Origin: Deltaproteobacteria bacterium
GTDB lineage: Bacteria > Myxococcota_A > Polyangia > Fen-1088
Assembly: GCA_033763315.1 (NCBI GenBank)
Contig: JANRKS010000032.1
Coordinates: forward strand, 1 to 64,000
Length of the DNA stretch: 64,000 nt
Direction: 5' to 3'
Positions 17,409 to 26,184 of the stretch are shown here, piece after piece. The notes below the pieces were generated by a model. It was not told the origin of the DNA. It saw nothing but the letters and a program-made list of their open reading frames with translations, and made no database searches. Numbering within the stretch: the first letter of the stretch is position 1; each line of letters opens with the position of its first letter. Position numbers and translations under genes: made by a program.

Positions 17409-19616
17409 CTAACGAGCGGCGCGGGATTTTGCGGCCGCCTTGCGGGCGGGGGCTTTGCCAGCCGGAGCTTTGCCAGCCTTTTTTGCGGGAATGCCTTGGG
17501 GGTAAAGCCAAGCCAGTGTGGCGTTGGATAAGGCGATGTCGGCCTGAGCCCAAAATCGGTGGTAACGGAACTCGGGGGCAGGGCCGCCGGAAAGGTAAGC
17601 TTGCACCTTTGACCAATCCGGATCTTGGCGGTACTTGGAGCGCAGTGACAGGAATGTTGAACTTGAATCGATCTTGTCGCCGTTCGGCATCTTGCCGTCA
17701 AAGCCCGTGGGCACATACACGGAATCATTGAAGCGCTTGTAGTCACCGCGCGCTTCGGGACTCGAGATGCCTTTGTTCGTTCGGTAAAGCTTCCACATCC
17801 GATCCAGCAGCTCTTGCCCGAGCTTCGAAACCTCATGCCGGCCTGACTTTGCTCCGTAATAAATGAGCGTGCGTGCGTAAGTTGACGTCACACCCACGTC
17901 TTGCGTGTAATCCACCACCTTGACGTGCAGACCTTCGTTCCACTTCTTATCGGAGCCGTTCCAATTCTGGTGTTCTTTGTCCCAGTTGGCGCCGGGTTGT
18001 CCTTCCCAATTCAACGTCGATGGGATCTCGTAGCTGCCGTTCGCAAGCAGCTTGGTGTGCGCCGTGGCCCAGGCCACCCACTTGTCCAACAGCGTTTTGG
18101 CCTTTTCATCGCCTGTGAGCCAATAAAGCGCGGCCGTGCGTTCAATGCCCCACACCTGAAAACCGAACCATTGGTTGCTTGGGGGATCTTCCCACACAGG
18201 CTTTTCAACGTAGGGCATCTTGTAAAACGTTGTGGTGCCAGCGGGCGGCTGCGCGTAGCGCCCCATCCAGCTGTTGGTCACGCCGCCGGCGATCGCCCCT
18301 TCGGAGGATTGCAGATAGCGCAGCATCTCCAGCTGGCGATCAAAACTTGTGGCCCAATCGCTGGCGCCTGTTTTCGACGCGGGCTTAAACGCTTCCACGT
18401 GTGACATCACGTAAGCCGTAAACGGGTTTTGATATCCCTGGTGGCTGGTGCTGGAGCCAATGCGCCAACTCCATCCACCGCTCTTCGAGAGCGATCCGCC
18501 CCATGCGTAGTACCAAGAGATAAGGTAGTGCGCCGACTCGCGGCCTTGCCCCGGCGTGCACGAAGGCGTCGTGCATCCCAGTGCCTTGAAGTACTTATCG
18601 AAGAACGCGTATCGCAAAAAGTCGCCCATTTTGGCGCCCTTTTTGACCAAGCCATCGACCGCTGCGTTGCCGCCTTTGTCGTCGGCCCAAGCTTTGGCCC
18701 AATAAAGTGCCTGAATCGCACGCGCGTCAGCGTCGGGCGCGTTGGTGTATTTCCATTGCTTGGCGTAGCCGCCGTCTTGCTTGACGAACAGATCCAAGAA
18801 ACCCGATTCGCCGCCCCAATCAAATGATTCCCATGACGGCTGCGGGATCGTTTCCCACACCGACTCCTGCATGCCACGCTGAAACGTGTTGATATACGAA
18901 GGCTTCGAAACACCATCGCTGCGGCGACCAAAACCATAAAAATTATCGACGTCCATCAGCCAATGCATGCCGTAAACGTACGGCTCGCCATACGTTTCCA
19001 GCAGCTCTTTCCACAGCGGATCCCATCCCGGTGTGGCCGCGTTCTCCATTGGGCTTGGGTATTGCCGCGGATCATCCAGCTCGGGTGCGAACACCGCGGG
19101 ATGCGTGTAGTTGTAAGAGCCGGCCGTGGGTTGATCATCCTTGGTGGGGATGATGTACGTCTCCATGCTTTTCCACGATTGCTCAAGCGGCTTCCAATCG
19201 CCGGTCAAACGTCCGTAAGCCGATTCAAGCCAGATCCAGTAGCTGTAGGCCTCCGAAGTGGTTTCATGCCCGTAGTCGGGTGCCTCAACGATCAACGTCT
19301 CCGGGCTGTGGTAAGGAACGCCTTCAGCGCTAAAGTATCCATTGCGCGTGTCGTGCACATCGCTCCACAGCTCAGCGAAGCGATCAAGGTACACGTTGCC
19401 GGTTTTGCCAGGGTGGCGCGTGAATGAAGGCAAGGGCGCCGTGGGAAACGACGCGGGCCCTTCGTTATCGTCGGCCACCGTTTTGGATTTGGCCTTCGAC
19501 TTTGCGACCTTGTGCTTCTTCGCGCGCCGCGGCCCGGCGGTGGTGGGCATGCAAGCGCTGCCCCCGAACGCAACCAGCAATCCGACGCCCAGACCCAAAC
19601 CCAAAAAGCGTTTCAC
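17409..19616 (-). CDS. GH48 processive cellulase, predicted lipoprotein
   Basis: EAPDYGHETTSEAYSY, MHWLMDVDN, INTFQRG.QESVWET, YTNAPDADARA and YHRFWAQ. Lipobox-like GSAC. Confidence 0.95.
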   Translation of the reverse strand: MKRFLGLGLGVGLLVAFGGSACMPTTAGPRRAKKHKVAKSKAKSKTVADDNEGPASFPTAPLPSFTRHPGKTGNVYLDRFAELWSDVHDTRNGYFSAEGVPYHSPETLIVEAPDYGHETTSEAYSYWIWLESAYGRLTGDWKPLEQSWKSMETYIIPTKDDQPTAGSYNYTHPAVFAPELDDPRQYPSPMENAATPGWDPLWKELLETYGEPYVYGMHWLMDVDNFYGFGRRSDGVSKPSYINTFQRGMQESVWETIPQPSWESFDWGGESGFLDLFVKQDGGYAKQWKYTNAPDADARAIQALYWAKAWADDKGGNAAVDGLVKKGAKMGDFLRYAFFDKYFKALGCTTPSCTPGQGRESAHYLISWYYAWGGSLSKSGGWSWRIGSSTSHQGYQNPFTAYVMSHVEAFKPASKTGASDWATSFDRQLEMLRYLQSSEGAIAGGVTNSWMGRYAQPPAGTTTFYKMPYVEKPVWEDPPSNQWFGFQVWGIERTAALYWLTGDEKAKTLLDKWVAWATAHTKLLANGSYEIPSTLNWEGQPGANWDKEHQNWNGSDKKWNEGLHVKVVDYTQDVGVTSTYARTLIYYGAKSGRHEVSKLGQELLDRMWKLYRTNKGISSPEARGDYKRFNDSVYVPTGFDGKMPNGDKIDSSSTFLSLRSKYRQDPDWSKVQAYLSGGPAPEFRYHRFWAQADIALSNATLAWLYPQGIPAKKAGKAPAGKAPARKAAAKSRAAR

Positions 19617-19622
19617 GTGCGG

Positions 19623-20354
19623 TTACTCCTCGCAGCCAACGAACTCGATGTCGTCGATCCAAATGTCGTAGGTCGCGCCCGGCGCCTGCGCTTGAAATTG
19701 CAGGCCATACACCTGTGATTTGTCGATCCGGCGTGGCCTAGGGCTGCCCCAGCCTTCCATCTGCTTCATCTTGGCGAAGGGCAGAACGTACTTCTTCCAG
19801 CTGTCTGTCAAGACAATGTCGGCGCCGAAGTCGTTGAAGCATTCCTTGCAGATGCCGGCCTCCGAATCGGTGTTGACGTCGGGCACCTTCACGCGAATGT
19901 TGGCGAGGCCACCCGGACCCTTCTTCGCCCAGAACGAAATGCCACCATATTTGGAAGCGTCGTAGGCGTCTTTGGGATCGGTGAAGTTCATGCCCACGGC
20001 GCCGAAGATCACGGCGCCTGAGCCCAAGGTGCCATGCACACGCGCCGCGAACTTCGAATTGTTCGCGCCGCCTTCGGACTGCGTGAACACACCGCCTTGC
20101 GAACCGGCCGGTGGATCAACGGTAGAGCCCGCCTCGTCCACGTACGTGTACCAATAGCCGCCGCGCCCATCCACAACGGCGGTTTGGTTGTTGTTGTCTT
20201 CCATGTTGTCGATGAGGCCTTCGTCGCCGCACGACGTTTCCACTTCGGCGGAAGCCTTCGACACCGCCTTTTGTCCGGGCGTCACACAGCCCGCGGCCGT
20301 GAACGCAACGCTAAGGGAAGACGACAAAACAAAGACGAGCGACTTTCGGTTCAT
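19623..20354 (-). CDS. Lipoprotein with a stand-alone carbohydrate-binding (CBM11/CIA30-like jelly-roll) domain
   Basis: Lipobox AAGC; GGYWYTY..., YDASKYGGISFWAK, WKKYVLPF and YDIWIDDIEF form a galactose-binding-like fold pattern. Confidence 0.75.
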   Translation of the reverse strand: MNRKSLVFVLSSSLSVAFTAAGCVTPGQKAVSKASAEVETSCGDEGLIDNMEDNNNQTAVVDGRGGYWYTYVDEAGSTVDPPAGSQGGVFTQSEGGANNSKFAARVHGTLGSGAVIFGAVGMNFTDPKDAYDASKYGGISFWAKKGPGGLANIRVKVPDVNTDSEAGICKECFNDFGADIVLTDSWKKYVLPFAKMKQMEGWGSPRPRRIDKSQVYGLQFQAQAPGATYDIWIDDIEFVGCEE

Positions 20355-20375
20355 GGGTAATGCTTTCCTGTGGTG

Positions 20376-22847
20376 TTATCGCTTGGCGGGACGCGCGGTT
20401 TTGGCCTTGCCTTTGGCGGGCGCGGCGGCGGCTGGTGCGGCTTTGCTGGGCGGTGGTGTGTGGCTGTGATCGTCAAGGAACGCGGTGACCCAAGCGAAAG
20501 GGGCGTTCCAGTTGATCGTGATCTCGTTGGCTGACCAGGCTTCGATGTTGTCAACGAAACACTTTTCAGCCGCGCAGCCAGCGAGTCCCGCCGCCTGCAC
20601 ATAAGGATCTTCGAGGCCTGAGTTCGGGCCGCCCGAAACCGCACCGGGGGGCGCCTTGGGGAAGCGCTTGTCAACTTGGTAGGACCAAAAGCGGTGGTGC
20701 GGGTTCACAAGCGGTCGATCGCCGTAGCCTGTGACATAGCTTTGATCCATGGCGTTGCGGCCGAGGATGTAATCCATGCCCTGTGCGACGGCATCCAGAT
20801 ACTTGCGGTCATTGAGATGTTCGTACGCCACACCCAACAGCAACAAGTTGTTGTTGATGAACGAGTTTGATCCCCAGGGCGCTTTGTTCGTGTTGCCGTA
20901 GCTCATGGGCACGCGGTAGCCGCGCTGTTCGATGAGTTGCACGTAAGCGTTCGCGGCTTCGCGCAGCGATTCCTCCGCGCGCTTGCGATCGGCGGCCGAA
21001 AGGGGCGCCGGATTGGTGAGCAACGATAACGTCCCCAGCGCGCCTGTGTCTTGCCACGTCAAGGGGCTTGGAATGCCTGCTTCTTTCGCGTCTTTGAGGT
21101 ACGCCGAAAGCTTAAGGTAGTTGGGAGACCGTGTGGCGGCGTCTTTGTATTCGCCTTTGCCTGTGGTGATCCACAATTCGGCAGCGGCCCAATAGAACTC
21201 ATCTTCGACGTGATCATCGTCATAGGGGCCACCACCCAAACCGCCCGGCTTGGCGAACATCGCTGGGTGTTTTTGTGCGGCCTCATAGGCGCGAACGCTG
21301 GCGTCTAAACAGCGTGCGGAGAATTCTGGGTCCAACGTTTTCCAGATGCGTGCCGCTTGGGCTGCCGTGGCGGCCAAATTCAAAGTGGCTGCCGTGCTCA
21401 CCGGGTAAAGGAACCGCGGCATCGGATCGTCTTGCGGTGCCAAGCCCAGCGCGGTCCATTCTTTGTCGTGAATCTTGTGATGCACCATGCCCGCCATGTC
21501 GTTGCCATCGGGCACCTGCATTTTCAGCATGAATTCGAGGTTCCAGCGCACCTCATCCAAGAGATCCGGCTTGCCGTTGCCCTTCTCTGGAATGTTCATG
21601 GTGCCGTCTTCAAGCGGCTTGGTGTTCTTGGTGACGAACTTGGAGCGCTCCCACAAGTTCATGAGCGTCCAAACAGATACACCGCCGTTGACCACGTACT
21701 TGCCGTGATCGCCTGCGTCGTACCAGCCACCAGAGACATCCAGCTTGTAGTCACACTTGGCAGCCGGGGCACAGGGAACTTCCTTGTCAGAAAGATGTCC
21801 CGCGGGGCGGGTCAGTTCCTTCTTGCCCGCGTAGGGTAGCTTGATCTCGGTGCCGCTGCGGTTGTGGTAGTAGTACGCCAGCGCGTCGTAGCGCATTTTG
21901 CTGTAGATCTCGGGCGAAATATCAAACGGATGGCTTTTTTCGTTTGAGACTTCCAACACGAAGTCTTTGCCCGTGCCTGCGAAGGCGCTGAAGTTGATCG
22001 TGTGTGTGTTGTCGCCCGAAGGCGCGTCGCGGCCAACCACATTTGTCTTGCCCGTCAGGACTTCGCGGCCGCCGGCGTCTAACAACCGCCAAGCCAAAGG
22101 TTCGCGGGCGTCGGTCCGTACCGTGGCGTATTTCGCCAATCCAGGCAGATATCCCGTTTGATTCACCAACACAGCGGGAGGCGCGTCGGGGGCTGCTTCC
22201 TCTTTGCGGGTAAAATCGGGATCGAGCAGCTGCACGTCGTCAATGCACACCCGGAAAGGTTCGGGCACCTTGTAGGCCAAGTTGCCGCCCACGTGAAACG
22301 AGAACTCCGCGGTGGGATCGTTCTCGGAGGTCATACGGAAGCTGCCCTTGAAGGTGCGCGGCGTGGTGTCGAGTTTGAGCGTATCGACCCAATATTCACG
22401 GTAGGGCGGGCCTTGCTGGCCCACCTTGGCACGCATGCGCGTTTGCGCTGAAGCGTAGGCCTTGAACGTGACGTCGTACGAGCGGCCACGTTGGATCGTC
22501 ATCTCGCGGTGGCGCAGCTGCGCGTCCCAGTTAGACGCGCCTTTGTTCTTCACGTTGATACACAACGCGCCGTCGACGATCTCCGCATTGCCGTCGCCTG
22601 GTGCCGTGAACGACACCGTCCACGGCAAGCTTGTGCCATCGTTGAACGTGGCGTTGGCGATCAAGTTATTGGGTGAGATCGCCTTGTCTTTGCCGGTATA
22701 GGCCGCCTGGCCGGGCACGCCTTTGGATTTCCACTTGCGCCCGCCGGCTTTGCCGCCACCGGCCTTTCCCCCGGAAGAGACGCACGCCGCGTGCGAACAC
22801 AGCAGCGCAACACAAACAACAGACAACTTCGACGCAGACGCCTTCAT
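20376..22847 (-). CDS. GH9 cellulase with N-terminal CBM4/9 and Ig-like domains, predicted lipoprotein
   Basis: CBM4-like NWDAQL...CIDDVQL, VLVNQTGYLP, GGWYDAGDHGKY, NPHHR and NEITINWNA. Lipobox-like HAAC. Start ATG 22847 (alternative 22880). Confidence 0.95.
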   Translation of the reverse strand: MKASASKLSVVCVALLCSHAACVSSGGKAGGGKAGGRKWKSKGVPGQAAYTGKDKAISPNNLIANATFNDGTSLPWTVSFTAPGDGNAEIVDGALCINVKNKGASNWDAQLRHREMTIQRGRSYDVTFKAYASAQTRMRAKVGQQGPPYREYWVDTLKLDTTPRTFKGSFRMTSENDPTAEFSFHVGGNLAYKVPEPFRVCIDDVQLLDPDFTRKEEAAPDAPPAVLVNQTGYLPGLAKYATVRTDAREPLAWRLLDAGGREVLTGKTNVVGRDAPSGDNTHTINFSAFAGTGKDFVLEVSNEKSHPFDISPEIYSKMRYDALAYYYHNRSGTEIKLPYAGKKELTRPAGHLSDKEVPCAPAAKCDYKLDVSGGWYDAGDHGKYVVNGGVSVWTLMNLWERSKFVTKNTKPLEDGTMNIPEKGNGKPDLLDEVRWNLEFMLKMQVPDGNDMAGMVHHKIHDKEWTALGLAPQDDPMPRFLYPVSTAATLNLAATAAQAARIWKTLDPEFSARCLDASVRAYEAAQKHPAMFAKPGGLGGGPYDDDHVEDEFYWAAAELWITTGKGEYKDAATRSPNYLKLSAYLKDAKEAGIPSPLTWQDTGALGTLSLLTNPAPLSAADRKRAEESLREAANAYVQLIEQRGYRVPMSYGNTNKAPWGSNSFINNNLLLLGVAYEHLNDRKYLDAVAQGMDYILGRNAMDQSYVTGYGDRPLVNPHHRFWSYQVDKRFPKAPPGAVSGGPNSGLEDPYVQAAGLAGCAAEKCFVDNIEAWSANEITINWNAPFAWVTAFLDDHSHTPPPSKAAPAAAAPAKGKAKTARPAKR

Positions 22848-22870
22848 GTGTGTCACGCTTTGCTTGCTGG

Positions 22871-24469
22871 TTACCACCACATCGACGCAGAGATCGTCAA
22901 CACACCCTTGTCACGTTGCCCAGCCATCGCTGGGTAAGGGCCGTATTGATCGAACGGGAACGGCAATTGCACCTCGCTGTTATACGAATAGGCCGAGTAT
23001 TGAATGATCACCTGCTCGTGCGTGACATAGTTGGTTTTGAGCACCACGCGTGGTGAAATCACAGCGAACGACTTCGCTGAGTTGTCGAGATCCGGCTGAA
23101 CCAGGTCAAAGCGGCCGCCGAAACCAATGAAGGGCAGCGGCGAGTAGATCACGTCGGCGCCCGTTTTGAAGCGGCTTTTGCCGCCGCCGTTTTGTGGCAC
23201 GCTGTCGGTTGTGATCGAGTTGTACATGCCGAACACCGTGGCAACGAGGTCGGAGCCATCGCCCCACCATTGTTGCGGGCGCAACAGGAACGCAGCCAGG
23301 CTGAATTGGTATTGGAACAAAATGGTGTTCATCTTGCCGGTGCCATTGCCGCCGAAGTAGTTGTTCGCCAATTGCCAGCCACCTTGAGAATGCAGCACTT
23401 CGACTGAGTCGGACACCGCCACTGAGTTGGTGGAGTTGATGTTCGAGAAGCCGATGTAGCCATTGCCCAAATAGCCGCCGATCAATTTCACGTCCGCGCC
23501 CACGACCTGAATTTTGCCGTCAGGGTTGCCAGCCGTGGCGCGTACGTCTTTGGTCCACGTGTTGATGTAGTGAGCGCCAAAGGTGAGCATGTCCCCCAGG
23601 CCCACACCCACGTGCGCGTGGTGCAAAAGCGTTGAGCCTTGTTGCACAGGACCAGGGTAGGGCTCATACGCTTGGTAACCACCCATCGCGGCGGGTTGAA
23701 CGGAGCGCATCGTCCACTTTTGTTGATCTGTTTTTGCACCGATGCCGTGTTCGACGGTCACTGTTAGGTTGTCGCCCGCGTAGATGTTTGCGCGCAGCGT
23801 TTCACCAGCCATGCGCGTGCGCCCGAACAGATACGTCTCATACATACCTGCGTCGTAGCGGCCCGCAGCGCCATAGCGATCAGAGAACACGCCCACGTTC
23901 CAGCTCAACGTGCCTATGTCGCCCAACGCCTCGGGAAAGTTCAGCGTCAAGAAAGCCCGATCGATGCCAAGCTGGGCTTGCAACTCGCGGTAACCACCCG
24001 ACGTGATGTTGTAAGAGGCCAAAGCCGTGGTCATCTTTGCGCGGCTATTGCCGTACTGAAACATCATCTCGACCCAGGGCCCGGGGATCTGGTTCGTGTA
24101 CGCCCAGTTCGTATAGTTGGCGTCGGGAACCATGGGCGGCGAGTGAAATTGCGTTGAGCCGTCTTGCGAGCCGATGCCCACGCGCATGGGCGCGCGGAAG
24201 AAGCCTTTGAAATCCCACTTCCATTCGCCGCCGTCGTCGTCCGACTTGTTGATGCCCACTGATTGGCCGCTCACCAAGGTGTCATCGGCCGCCATGCCCA
24301 GGCCACCCGTCCGCCGCTTCTTGCCCTTCACAACCGGCGCTTCGTCTTCCGCATCGTCTTTGTCATCCGCACCCGCTGCATCAACGCCAGGCTCGTCATC
24401 TTGGGCGAGGGCCGGGGCCGCCAACGCCATACAGGGAAGAAGGTGCAAAAGGATCATCTGGGTGCGCAT
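22871..24469 (-). CDS. Putative outer-membrane beta-barrel protein (orphan; candidate cellodextrin porin)
   Basis: Sec signal (ALA-QDD), acidic linker, many amphipathic aromatic-ended strands, terminal strand VLTISASMWW ending in an aromatic residue. AAGGA RBS. Confidence 0.65.
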   Translation of the reverse strand: MRTQMILLHLLPCMALAAPALAQDDEPGVDAAGADDKDDAEDEAPVVKGKKRRTGGLGMAADDTLVSGQSVGINKSDDDGGEWKWDFKGFFRAPMRVGIGSQDGSTQFHSPPMVPDANYTNWAYTNQIPGPWVEMMFQYGNSRAKMTTALASYNITSGGYRELQAQLGIDRAFLTLNFPEALGDIGTLSWNVGVFSDRYGAAGRYDAGMYETYLFGRTRMAGETLRANIYAGDNLTVTVEHGIGAKTDQQKWTMRSVQPAAMGGYQAYEPYPGPVQQGSTLLHHAHVGVGLGDMLTFGAHYINTWTKDVRATAGNPDGKIQVVGADVKLIGGYLGNGYIGFSNINSTNSVAVSDSVEVLHSQGGWQLANNYFGGNGTGKMNTILFQYQFSLAAFLLRPQQWWGDGSDLVATVFGMYNSITTDSVPQNGGGKSRFKTGADVIYSPLPFIGFGGRFDLVQPDLDNSAKSFAVISPRVVLKTNYVTHEQVIIQYSAYSYNSEVQLPFPFDQYGPYPAMAGQRDKGVLTISASMWW

Positions 24470-24507
24470 GGAGTTCCTTGGTGGGGTTCTGTTGCGGTGG
24501 CGGAGTG

Positions 24508-24567
24508 AAAAAAGTCCCGCCTCACTGCGCCGGTCCGGTCCCTGGTGGTCCGACGCAGCAAGACGGG
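24508..24567 (-). terminator. Terminator-like hairpin within the 5' leader of the cellulase operon
   Basis: Minus strand CCCGTCTTGCTGCGTCGG pairs with CCGGCGCAGTGAGGCGGG (18 bp, four G-U), followed by ACTTTTTT, about 40 nt upstream of the ATG at 24469. Confidence 0.6.
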
Positions 24568-24720
24568 TGAAATCAAAAGGCCGTAGGTCTTGGGTGGCTC
24601 ACCACCGCCCGGGACCCCGGCCGCTAAGCCGGTATCGAGGAGTCCTAGGAAGAACAACGATGGTTTTGAAAGTGGGAAGGCAAACGTGGGACACAGCCCC
24701 CGCTCGCGTGCGAGGTGCGA

Positions 24721-26088
24721 TTAGCGCCGCCGCCACCGGCGCAACGCCAAACCCAACATCAACAGGAGGCCGCTGTACCCGGGTGCGCCAGCACCGCCGA
24801 AAGCGCAGCCGATGCCGAAGAATTCATTGTCGGCGCCCGCATGACCTGCAGCCATGTCTTGTGCCTCGCCACCGGCGCCACCGTCGCCACCACTGCCGCC
24901 GTTTTCGCCCGTGTTTCCCGCTGAATTTGATGCTGCGTCACCGCCCGCACCGCCTTGCCCACCCGCGCCGGGTTTTCCACCGGTATTGGCAACCGCGCCG
25001 CCCACGCCGCCCATGCCCGACGTGCCGCTTGCACCGCCTTTGGCGGGTGGGTCGCTGCCCGGCGGGGGCGCTGGCTTCGGCACAGTCATCACCGTGCAAT
25101 TGGGCACCGCCGCCAATTGCGGCCGCAGCTGCGAGAGGATCGTGTTCCAATCCGAGCGCGGGTTGCCTTGCGTGATCGCAATCACCCCATCGGCCAGCCG
25201 CGCCTTTATGTTGTTCACATTGTCCCAAGTGGCGTCGTGACCCAAGGAGCCGCCACCCACGCCATAACCATCGTCTGCGATGATGGGCAGCTTTGTCAGC
25301 TGCGCGACGTCACGCCAGCGCATGTTGTTCTCGTTGCGAACTTTGTCGCTGTCCGCGTCAGTGCGGCCGCCCGATGTGTTGATGAAGCTGAACTTGCTCA
25401 TGGGCAATGCCGCAAACCACGCTTGCGGGTTCTGCACCCAGGGCGATATGTCCATCGAAAGCACAGCGTTTGGCAGCTCGCCCTGAATGACGTTCACGAT
25501 CTTCGTCATCAGCGCCCCAAGCTGTTCGTACGTCATGGGCCCGCCTTGTTGGCGGTTGTCGGTGTACTGAAAATAATCTGGCTCCATCAACCAGATGACC
25601 GGGTTCACCTTTCCCCAAATGCGCGCCGTGTTCGAGGCGAACTTGCGGTACTGCTCCAAAATCTTGGCTTCGTTTTGCCTGATGAAGGTGGCGCCCTGTT
25701 CACACAAGTTGGGCGAGCCGGTGTCACAGTCTTTCAGGCCGCGCTCGCGTCGTGCCGTGAAGGCGATGATGTAGCTGTAAAACAGGGGCGTGCGGCCGTA
25801 GAGCTTTTGTTCTGGCCAATGCGACCGCAAAAACTCGCCTTCCCAAAACTCATTCCAGTTTTCTTTGTCGCCCAACCACAGCGTTGTGTAACTGGGGCCG
25901 GCGGGATAATTAAAGGCGGTGCCCTGCCAAGCGGCGCCGAAATTGAACTGGCAAGGATTGAAGCCTGTTTGCGGCCAGCTGATGGCCTGCGCGATGGGCT
26001 TCACATCAGCTGTCTGCGGCGGTTCGCACGCCGCCAGCGCCCAGGGTGCAAACAACAGCAAGGTTCGAAAAAAAGCCGTGCGGTTCAT
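24721..26088 (-). CDS. Lipoprotein-signal, MYXO-CTERM-anchored protein with a putative glycoside hydrolase-like domain
   Basis: Lipobox LAAC; aromatic-rich alpha/beta domain with WLMEPD; Pro/Gly linker; C-terminal GC, hydrophobic stretch, RRWRRR. Start reassigned to 26088. Confidence 0.6.
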   Translation of the reverse strand: MNRTAFFRTLLLFAPWALAACEPPQTADVKPIAQAISWPQTGFNPCQFNFGAAWQGTAFNYPAGPSYTTLWLGDKENWNEFWEGEFLRSHWPEQKLYGRTPLFYSYIIAFTARRERGLKDCDTGSPNLCEQGATFIRQNEAKILEQYRKFASNTARIWGKVNPVIWLMEPDYFQYTDNRQQGGPMTYEQLGALMTKIVNVIQGELPNAVLSMDISPWVQNPQAWFAALPMSKFSFINTSGGRTDADSDKVRNENNMRWRDVAQLTKLPIIADDGYGVGGGSLGHDATWDNVNNIKARLADGVIAITQGNPRSDWNTILSQLRPQLAAVPNCTVMTVPKPAPPPGSDPPAKGGASGTSGMGGVGGAVANTGGKPGAGGQGGAGGDAASNSAGNTGENGGSGGDGGAGGEAQDMAAGHAGADNEFFGIGCAFGGAGAPGYSGLLLMLGLALRRWRRR

Positions 26089-26184
26089 GGGCCTAGGAAG
26101 ACAAACCCGCAGCCGGCCTGAAGTGGGAAAGGCAACCATCCCCCCCGTGCTGGCATCTGCCGCCCCATCTGCTTAATTTCAGCG

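Noticed and set aside
17409-22847. Cellulosome dockerin or cohesin modules
   Set aside because: No duplicated Ca-binding dockerin repeats or scaffoldin are visible.
24670-24690. CelR-type operator TGGGAGCGCTCCCA
   Set aside because: Only the TGGGA half matches; there is no palindrome.
24661-24700. GGCAAAC...GGGAC as a c-di-GMP-I riboswitch
   Set aside because: It is on the non-coding strand and too short to form P2/P3.
24174-26121. Long plus-strand ORFs 24174-25175 and 24955-26121
   Set aside because: Antisense shadows of better-supported minus-strand genes; Arg/Pro-rich composition is typical of high-GC off-frames.
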